NCBI GenBank assembly: GCA_048938005.1
Contig: JBHLMQ010000074.1
Location: 1 to 12,189 of the forward strand
Direction: 5' to 3'
Length of the DNA stretch: 12,189 bases
DNA from: Promethearchaeota archaeon
GTDB taxonomy: Archaea; Asgardarchaeota; Lokiarchaeia; Sigyniarchaeales; SOKP01
The translations under genes and the position numbers were made by a program. The notes beneath the pieces are model-generated. The model searched no databases. It saw only the letters and a list, made by a program, of their open reading frames with translations, and had not been told where the DNA came from. Shown piece after piece: positions 5,797 through 12,189 of this stretch (within the stretch, counting starts at the first letter, position 1; every line of letters starts with the position of its first letter).

Positions 5797-8325
5797 TTAT
5801 TCATTATCATTTTGATGTTTTGAGTCATCATCACTAATCGGCTCTGATCCCCCATTATTAGGAGATTTTAGCTCATTTTCGCTTGAAGATTTTGGTGTTT
5901 CATCTTCCGATGGTTTTACTAGTTCTTCACTTTTTATTGCTCCTTCATGAGTCGGAGAAGGGGGAGCTTTATTTTCTTTAAGCTTAGGAGCCTTCGGACT
6001 CTGTTTTAATTTATCTTTTTTAATATATATTCGTTTTCGATTCTGAGTTGTTGTAAAAATTACTCCAGGAACAATAAGAGTAGCTCCTACACCAAGGATA
6101 ACTTGAAATAGATTTTCACTTAAATTCTGGGTGCCATATACTAATTCCTTGAAACTTTTAGCTAACTCTTCTGTTATTTGACCACCAAATTCAAGCCAAA
6201 GAATAGGTATTACTCCTTCCCAACAATTTTTATACCATATATCAGTTTTACTGATCATAAAGTTGATTTGGAATCTTTCAGCTGCTTTCATTACAGCCCC
6301 AGTGTTAGGTTCTACATCTAGAAAGGTATCATGAAGTCCCTTATTCGGATGTACTCCATATATAGAATTTATCAAATCACTATCTGCATCAAGGTAGTGC
6401 GGTTTACTTAAAAAAATAGGTATTCCTTGGTCTATAGTCATGTTGGCTAAGCCTTCTATTGATTGATAATAATTAAGATCAATTCCAAAAGTCTCATCTG
6501 ATAATTCGAACTGTAATAATTCAATATTTTGGAGATTAGTGGTTCCACTAAAGCTGAGTTCAACTGATCTTAACAAATCTGGTACAAAAACATGAAGTAC
6601 GTCTGTTTGTGAGACTTCTGGGGCGAATTGAGTACCATCTGTTCCCTGGACAATTTCTTGTTCTTTCCACACAGTAATAATTGCTTCACCATCATATTTA
6701 ATAATCTCATATACTTTATTTATATCATTTCTACCTGTATTTATTGTAAAACTTTTCATCCCTTCTACTTCTGCTTCAATTTCAGAAACGCAGTTATCAA
6801 ATATTCCTACTTTAGCTCTCGATGGATCTTGTTCATTTACCAAATTATCCACAGCAGTGAAGAGCCACTCATCTACAGTCCGAGTAGTAATGAGACCACT
6901 ATTCCAATCTTTAATGGTATATTCACAAATATTTTTGAGCCAGCCATTTATACTAGTATTTATCCAAACTAATATCAAATTTAATTGTGTTTCAGTTAGA
7001 TTAAATATATCCATTAAAAGTATCTTACTTTCTTCAATATCTGCAAGAGCTTCAAACCAAATGGGATTGGTAATTATATCCATTCCTACAAGTGAGTTAG
7101 GGTTATTTAAGTCCCAGAGAGCCTGGCATTGCCCCTGAGTTATTTCTGTTTCACCTTTTTTGCTATAATTAGTAATATTCAAATCCGCTTCTGGACCAGG
7201 ATAATTATATGGTTCTCGGCCATCAATATCAACGCCTATTCCTGTTTCACTACCTTCTTCATCAACCATTTCTGCCCCCAAATCTTGTATTAAATTCGAA
7301 AGAAGCCCTTTAATTGCTTCAGCGAATGGAGAGTCTGTAAATGCTGTTTCAATCATATTCTTTAATTCATCTTTAAGAGCATTTTTAATGGCATCAAAAA
7401 GGTGTAAAACATCCCAAAAGAAAATGAGATCAACAATAAAATCAACCAAATCATTAATAACATCTAAAAGGTTTCTGAATAATATTGATATATTCACTTG
7501 AACTTCAGGGAAATAATCAGTTGCCCATTCCCCAAAGAAAATTTCTTCTGCACTTGGCATAGCATCTTCCATAAATTCTACCAAATCTTCTAGAGGGATA
7601 ATGTAAGTAGTTAAAAAGTCAACGACCCACGTAGCAGTTAGATTAATAGCCTCTTCACCAAGAATCCCCGAAAATAATTCCCTAAACATATCGTTTAGGG
7701 CTCCAACTAGCATATCATAAACACCCTCATTAGTTAAAAGTTCTCTTAAAGTTATATTTAATTCTTGTCTAAATATTTCCTTCACTTCCAAAAGAACTGC
7801 TGGAAACATAGCTTTAATCAGGTTTTCTTCATTTCCAGCCAATTCTAAAACCCCTAAGTAAGCAGGATTTATATTTGTAATTTGATCCTCTGGACTACAC
7901 GAAGAATCAGACATTTCAGGTTCAAAAATATATGTTGGGTATTGTTTATAGGTAACTTCATCCCAATTTGGACTAAAACTCACATTATATTTAGTAGTAA
8001 ATTCTCGAAATATATATGGACCAACTTCTTCATATTCTGGTTTATCTCCCTTAAGAATTTCACTAGGATTAGTTAAATTCCATAAGTAGAATTTTCGATA
8101 CATTGGAATTGCTCCAGAATAATTATTTGAGATCCATTCACCATAATTAGAGGTAACAGGGAGTGGTACGCAAATTTCTTCTGCTATTCCTTTATTAATC
8201 TCAGATAGAATAAAATTCTTAAGTAAATAACTAGTGGGCATTAGGGAAAAGCCAAGAATTAAAGCTGTAAGGGCACCAGCAAGCTTTTTTTTTGATGGAG
8301 GAGATATTAAATTCTGTTTTTTAAT
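5797..8325 (-). CDS. CD36-family (class B scavenger receptor / LIMP-2-like) two-TM membrane glycoprotein with a large insertion; start uncertain (first in-frame ATG is 8241)
   Basis: Collinear CD36 motifs: YRKFYLWNLTNP.E, EVGPYIFRE, GLITTRTVDEWLF..VD, GTDGTQFAP, FVPDLLRS, PIFLSKPHYLDAD, GVHPN...HDTFLDVEPNTG....AERFQIN, IPILWLE. C-terminal TM LFQVILGVGATLIVPGVIF. The N-terminal TM KKKLAGALTALILGFSLMP is encoded in frame upstream of ATG 8241. Confidence 0.93.
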   Translation of the reverse strand: MKKQNLISPPSKKKLAGALTALILGFSLMPTSYLLKNFILSEINKGIAEEICVPLPVTSNYGEWISNNYSGAIPMYRKFYLWNLTNPSEILKGDKPEYEEVGPYIFREFTTKYNVSFSPNWDEVTYKQYPTYIFEPEMSDSSCSPEDQITNINPAYLGVLELAGNEENLIKAMFPAVLLEVKEIFRQELNITLRELLTNEGVYDMLVGALNDMFRELFSGILGEEAINLTATWVVDFLTTYIIPLEDLVEFMEDAMPSAEEIFFGEWATDYFPEVQVNISILFRNLLDVINDLVDFIVDLIFFWDVLHLFDAIKNALKDELKNMIETAFTDSPFAEAIKGLLSNLIQDLGAEMVDEEGSETGIGVDIDGREPYNYPGPEADLNITNYSKKGETEITQGQCQALWDLNNPNSLVGMDIITNPIWFEALADIEESKILLMDIFNLTETQLNLILVWINTSINGWLKNICEYTIKDWNSGLITTRTVDEWLFTAVDNLVNEQDPSRAKVGIFDNCVSEIEAEVEGMKSFTINTGRNDINKVYEIIKYDGEAIITVWKEQEIVQGTDGTQFAPEVSQTDVLHVFVPDLLRSVELSFSGTTNLQNIELLQFELSDETFGIDLNYYQSIEGLANMTIDQGIPIFLSKPHYLDADSDLINSIYGVHPNKGLHDTFLDVEPNTGAVMKAAERFQINFMISKTDIWYKNCWEGVIPILWLEFGGQITEELAKSFKELVYGTQNLSENLFQVILGVGATLIVPGVIFTTTQNRKRIYIKKDKLKQSPKAPKLKENKAPPSPTHEGAIKSEELVKPSEDETPKSSSENELKSPNNGGSEPISDDDSKHQNDNE

Positions 8326-8326
8326 T

Positions 8327-8340
8327 GGAGGTGCACCCCC
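8327..8340 (-). promoter_or_regulatory. SD-like GGGGGTG directly followed by anti-SD CACCTCC (imperfect 14-bp palindrome, possible hairpin)
   Basis: The minus strand reads GGGGGTGCACCTCC, which can form a GGGGG/CCUCC stem with a UGCA loop. It is a GC-rich patch in AT-rich DNA at the 5' end of the CD36 gene. Confidence 0.4.
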
Positions 8341-8356
8341 ATTTTTTATTGATATA

Positions 8357-8419
8357 ATTAATCATAATTGATTAATCAAGGGAAATATTTAAATATTGAT
8401 CAGTAATATTGTTGATCAA
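8357..8419. promoter_or_regulatory. Divergent promoter with a palindromic TATA box and candidate operator inverted repeats
   Basis: AATATTTAAATATT (8384-8397) is a perfect palindrome giving TTTAAATA on both strands. Also ATTAATCA-N4-TGATTAAT (8357-8376), TTGATTAATCAA (8368-8379) and TTGATCAA (8412-8419). Confidence 0.45.
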
Positions 8420-8429
8420 TAATTATCAA

Positions 8430-10112
8430 ATGAAAAAGATGTCCAAAAAAATAGTTATTATTTCTGCTGTGATACTTGCAGTTGGGTCAGGTTTGGTTCC
8501 TGGAGGAATCTTAATTGAGAATTATATTAATAATATGGTGGCAGACTCTGTTGACGAGGGTCTTTTAGGGATTGAAGAAGAAGCAATTCCTTTGATTGAA
8601 CCAATGATTAAAGAAAAGGGAATACCTAAAGCACTCAGGGGCATTAGAGATATGGGAATTCCTATTCTTGAAGACATGGTTGAAGTGACATTTGTTGCTG
8701 TATTAATTAATATTTTTGTTAATACTGGCGGTGTTGTTGGTACATTTCAACCCCCTATAGGTATGGAAAGATTCTTCAATAATGATACTAATGGAGTTTG
8801 GGTTATATTTAATGGTACCTCTTACCACTATCGTGAGCCTCTTAATTTTACTGAAGATGCTCAAAATAGGATATTATATGGAAATAGTACATCAGTTCCT
8901 GGTTATATTCCTGGTATTCAAGGCTTTCTTAATGATACCTCAACAGGTGAGGGTGTAGCTAATTTTTTAACTCAATATCATGCTGCTAATTCAAGTGGGA
9001 CTAGTCTACTGAATGAAACAATGCAAGAAAATTATAATTGTACTTGGTACCAACTATCTAAGCTTGAAGAATATATAACCGAATATTTGATCGGTTGGGC
9101 GATCCCCCTTGTAATCGGAGCTGGACTTCATGTAGATTACATGCCGGCATTAGCAGGACTCTTTTCAGTAAATGCTATTGCTAAAGCTTTATTCATGGAA
9201 CAATGGGCAAATGGTACAGTTTTGAATGAGACATTATACGAGGGAGGAATTGATTTTAGTGAAATGCTTGATGAAATAAATGAAACATTAATAGGATTTG
9301 AAGTTGGCCGTTTGACACCTTCGAATATAACACGTAAGAGTGCATATGCGCTCTTTGATGAGAACAATTTCCCTAATGCCCTAACAAATGATACAGGAAT
9401 TAATCAGTGGATTATTGCTTATACTAACGATACTGTTAAGGGTACATTAATGAATGAATTCAATCTAACTCAAACTCAGATGGACATGATACTTTTTTGG
9501 TTATTCGAAGAATCGTTTCAGGAAAATATTGTTCCGGAACTTATGAAGCTTCCTCCTCCAGATGGTGTAGGCATGAATATTTCACAATATGCGAGAGTTT
9601 TATTGTTGGAGCAATGGGCAAATGGCACCGCAGATGGTGAAGTTATATATCCATATGGATTTCCACTGCCATTAAAGGCAGGTACAGTATATGGATTTGA
9701 AGTTGGCTATCAAGGTAAAAACATGGCTGTTTTGCCAACTAACATGTCTCTTGAATCAGCAGAGGCTCTATGGAATGTTTCAAATGAATTTTCGCTTGTT
9801 AATAAAATGGGTCTAAGGAAGTGGTATTCTGCAATTGCAAATCCTACAACAGTATTAGCTAATGATCTCCAGATTATGAATTTTTTAGAAGATGAAGCAA
9901 TGAACATGATACTAAATTGGTTACCGAAATTTAGAGATAATGTTATGCCATATCTTGCTCAAGAAGAAATGAATTTGCCGATGGATTCAACTTCATATGC
10001 ATTAGCAATAAATCTAGGAATGAGTATACCGGGAGGAATTCTTATTGGCCTTGGGGCATTAGGCATAGCCCGAGATATTATCATTAAAAGAAAGCTTAAG
10101 ATTGAATCTTAA
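8430..10112 (+). CDS. Two-TM repeat membrane glycoprotein related to the CD36 insertion (probable start ATG 8430 or 8439 rather than TTG 8409)
   Basis: N-terminal KKIVIISAVILAVGSGLVPGGILI and C-terminal hydrophobic helix followed by a basic tail. About 19 N-x-S/T sequons lie between them, with internal repeats (EQWANGT x2, GFEVG x2). Confidence 0.85.
   Translation: MKKMSKKIVIISAVILAVGSGLVPGGILIENYINNMVADSVDEGLLGIEEEAIPLIEPMIKEKGIPKALRGIRDMGIPILEDMVEVTFVAVLINIFVNTGGVVGTFQPPIGMERFFNNDTNGVWVIFNGTSYHYREPLNFTEDAQNRILYGNSTSVPGYIPGIQGFLNDTSTGEGVANFLTQYHAANSSGTSLLNETMQENYNCTWYQLSKLEEYITEYLIGWAIPLVIGAGLHVDYMPALAGLFSVNAIAKALFMEQWANGTVLNETLYEGGIDFSEMLDEINETLIGFEVGRLTPSNITRKSAYALFDENNFPNALTNDTGINQWIIAYTNDTVKGTLMNEFNLTQTQMDMILFWLFEESFQENIVPELMKLPPPDGVGMNISQYARVLLLEQWANGTADGEVIYPYGFPLPLKAGTVYGFEVGYQGKNMAVLPTNMSLESAEALWNVSNEFSLVNKMGLRKWYSAIANPTTVLANDLQIMNFLEDEAMNMILNWLPKFRDNVMPYLAQEEMNLPMDSTSYALAINLGMSIPGGILIGLGALGIARDIIIKRKLKIES
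9198..9960 (+). repeat. Intragenic tandem duplication, period ~137 aa (411 nt)
   Basis: EQWANGT codons start at 9198 and 9609; identical 15-mer ggatttgaagttggc at 9294 and 9693; matching blocks SAYALFD/SAEALWN and MDMILFWL/MNMILNWL. Confidence 0.85.
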
Positions 10113-10139
10113 AGAAATTCAAGATTTAAAGCTAAAAAA

Positions 10140-10697
10140 TTAGAAATTTTTTTCTTTTTTTGATTTCTTAATTTTTTCATATTTTTTAATAGCTCGATCT
10201 CGCCAAACTGTATTCCACTTTTTAAATCCTGATTTTACATGCTTCTCTCTATTAAAAAAGTCATAACAAACCCAATTAAATAATATAAAGAATCTTTTTG
10301 CCCCACTTTTCTTAGTTAAGCTTTTTGATCTTACACCCAAATCATTTTGAAGGTGCTGTATCAATTTTCCTTCAACAGCATCTTGCAGTCTCCCTTCAAC
10401 TACTGTGTCTTCATAATTGATGCCTTCATCAAAGAAATAATCTCTTACTTTATCAAAGATATTACCCCTACAGAGATGAATAACATCAGTTTCTTTTTGG
10501 AATTTTAACTCAGCCAAGCCTTCTTTAACTAATTCTACAGTTTCTTTTAATGGTCTTTTGTTTTCCCAATTTTCTCCCTTAAATAAATCTACTGGTATTG
10601 TTCGAAATACTAATTCTCCTGTTTCTTTTCTTAGGAAACCAATGAAGGCATCTCCTACTAAATCTCCAGTTCCAGCATCATCTATTTCAATCATCAT
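10140..10697 (-). CDS. Archaeal hypothetical protein with an RNase HII-like N-terminal motif
   Basis: IEIDDAGTGDLVGDAFIG parallels the GIDEAGRG..IG motif of RNase HII; 185 aa with a basic C-terminus. Confidence 0.7.
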   Translation of the reverse strand: MMIEIDDAGTGDLVGDAFIGFLRKETGELVFRTIPVDLFKGENWENKRPLKETVELVKEGLAELKFQKETDVIHLCRGNIFDKVRDYFFDEGINYEDTVVEGRLQDAVEGKLIQHLQNDLGVRSKSLTKKSGAKRFFILFNWVCYDFFNREKHVKSGFKKWNTVWRDRAIKKYEKIKKSKKEKNF

Positions 10698-10843
10698 TTT
10701 TTTTCATTTAATCTTTTAATGGATATATAAAAGATTTAAAACATATCAAATTTTTTAAACTTAAATATCTATGAAAAATAATCGGAAATTACTTAATTCA
10801 TTCCTAATTAATTTAGAATTTTTTATAGTCTAATGGTGAACCT

Positions 10844-11638
10844 ATGGAAATTGAGCTGTTAATGATTGGAAACGAAATTCTTATCGGAAAAACTCAAGAT
10901 ACTAATTCTAATTGGATGGCAAAAAGAATTACTAGATTTGGACACAAGGTCAAGAGAATAACAACTATAGGAGATGATTTAGAAACAATATCTTATACAT
11001 TAAAAGACATATTAAAAAGAAATCCAGATATTATCATAACTTCAGGGGGAATAGGCCCAACGTTTGATGATATGACTTTAGCTGGAATTGCTAAGGGTTT
11101 GAACAGGGATTTAGAGTTAAACAAACATGCTTATAATTCAATTAAAAAGGCTTACAAACAAGCTCATAAAAAAGGATTATTAAAACTTGAAGGAATGACA
11201 AAAGAAAGAGAAAAAATGGCTTACCTCCCAAATGATTCAATTCCATTACCTAATACTATAGGTACTGCTCCTGGAGTTAAGATTAATGAAGGAAAGACTA
11301 CTATTTTTATTTTACCTGGGGTACCTGCCGAGATGAAAGCAATGTTTAGAAATGTCATTACCCCACTTTTAAAAGAACAGAAGGGTAAATTCATAGAAAA
11401 AGGATTTCTTTTCTCAGGAATTGGAGAGAGTCAGATAGCAGCTTATACAAACAGATTAGAAAAAAAATATCCTCAACTTTGGATTAAAACCCATCCTCGC
11501 ATTGGGTTATCTGTTGAGGTTGAGGTTTCTATAACTGCATTTAATATTGAAAATGGAGAGGAATTAATTGATAGAGCCTTAAATGAAATTAGAGAAATAG
11601 TCTTAAACCTTAAAGGTAAAATAATAGAAAGAGAATAA
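10844..11638 (+). CDS. cinA: CinA-like molybdopterin-binding (MoCF_biosynth) domain protein, lacking the C-terminal PncC domain
   Basis: IGNEILIGKTQDTNSNW, IGDD, ITSGGIGPTFDDMT, KMAYLP, LPNTIGTAPG, LPGVPAEMKAM, GIGESQIA; SD-like GGTGA upstream. Confidence 0.9.
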   Translation: MEIELLMIGNEILIGKTQDTNSNWMAKRITRFGHKVKRITTIGDDLETISYTLKDILKRNPDIIITSGGIGPTFDDMTLAGIAKGLNRDLELNKHAYNSIKKAYKQAHKKGLLKLEGMTKEREKMAYLPNDSIPLPNTIGTAPGVKINEGKTTIFILPGVPAEMKAMFRNVITPLLKEQKGKFIEKGFLFSGIGESQIAAYTNRLEKKYPQLWIKTHPRIGLSVEVEVSITAFNIENGEELIDRALNEIREIVLNLKGKIIERE

Positions 11639-11721
11639 TTCTAATTTTGAGTCCATCTCGCATGGTATGATAAATAAGTTATAGGCTTTTCGAAATTTAT
11701 ATATAGTAGATCTCATAAAAA

Positions 11722-12189
11722 TCACTTATGAATTAAACTATGCAGCTTTATACCTACTTCTCCTAAAGCTAATAAACAATAAACAAATGCTGCTGAAAAT
11801 AAATATTTTATAATATTGAAAAACACTTTTTTATTCTTTTTATTCTTCGTTTTATAAATCTTTTCAAATTTAACTACTATATTATCAATATCTGTGTAAT
11901 CCTTTATTCCATTTGAGATATTCTTAAAGTCATTCTTTTTTAATAATAAGTCAATTTGTGATGCATATTCTTTTGGATTACTATTTTTAACGATTAATCC
12001 ATTTATTCCATTCTTAACAAAATCAGTAGCACCTGATTTTTTATCAATTATTACAGGAATATTATGGCTTAATGCTTCTGCAACACAATTATTAAAAGTA
12101 TCATATATTGCTGGACTAACGAATAAATCTGCTTTATTATAATACTCAGTTAGTTCCTTTTTACTAACAATTCCTGTAAATTTAATTTT
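11722..12189 (-). CDS. Glycosyltransferase family 4 (GT-B), 3' part only; runs off the window edge
   Basis: Translated by hand: KIKFTGIVSKKELTEYYNKADLFVSPAIYDTFNNCVAEALSHNIPVIIDKKSGATDFVKNGINGLIV...; stop TGA at 11722-11724; hydrophobic C-terminal tail. Confidence 0.88.
   Translation of the reverse strand, partial: KIKFTGIVSKKELTEYYNKADLFVSPAIYDTFNNCVAEALSHNIPVIIDKKSGATDFVKNGINGLIVKNSNPKEYASQIDLLLKKNDFKNISNGIKDYTDIDNIVVKFEKIYKTKNKKNKKVFFNIIKYLFSAAFVYCLLALGEVGIKLHSLIHK

Noticed and set aside
5797-6050. Eukaryotic sorting signals (dileucine [DE]xxxL[LI] or YxxPhi) in the CD36 tail
   Set aside because: KSEELV and YIKK do not fit the consensus patterns.
6628-8076. Three short + strand ORFs (6628-6972, 6857-7138, 7882-8076)
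   Set aside because: Antisense shadows of the CD36 gene with no motifs.
8362-8379. Selenocysteine or readthrough of the in-frame TGA upstream of CD36, from TTG 8379
   Set aside because: The TTG lies inside the putative promoter, there is no redox-motif context, and no SECIS was recognised.
9137-9907. Two short - strand ORFs (9137-9367, 9710-9907)
   Set aside because: Antisense shadows of the repeat glycoprotein gene.
1-12189. CRISPR arrays, tRNA/rRNA genes, IS elements
   Set aside because: No regularly spaced repeats, GC-rich structured RNA segments, transposase ORFs or terminal inverted repeats were seen.

Overview
Very AT-rich archaeal DNA, most consistent with an Asgard archaeon (Lokiarchaeia-like). 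This is inferred from a stand-alone eS30 gene, many Cys4 zinc ribbons, an MIT-like protein, a wHTH-V4R-type regulator and a decayed Ig-like repeat. The main feature is a locus at ~5050-10110. It holds a clear CD36/SR-BI/LIMP-2 (class B scavenger receptor) homolog with a ~310-aa insertion. Head-to-head with it is a two-TM, sequon-rich membrane protein built from tandem copies of a repeat also found in that insertion, and downstream of CD36 is a wHTH-V4R regulator. The CD36 and regulator frames both extend upstream of their first canonical start codon. For the regulator the likely start is ACG after a Shine-Dalgarno; for CD36 it is ATT, or an out-of-frame ATG linked by an in-phase A_AAA_AAC -1 slippery site. 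Other genes: a membrane protein, a membrane zinc-ribbon protein, an unannotated 52-aa zinc ribbon, rps30e, a TPR protein, an MIT-like/zinc-ribbon protein, an RNase HII-like hypothetical protein, a CinA-like protein and the 3' part of a GT4 glycosyltransferase. No rRNA, tRNA, CRISPR array or transposase was recognised. All family calls come from reading motifs by eye, not from database searches.
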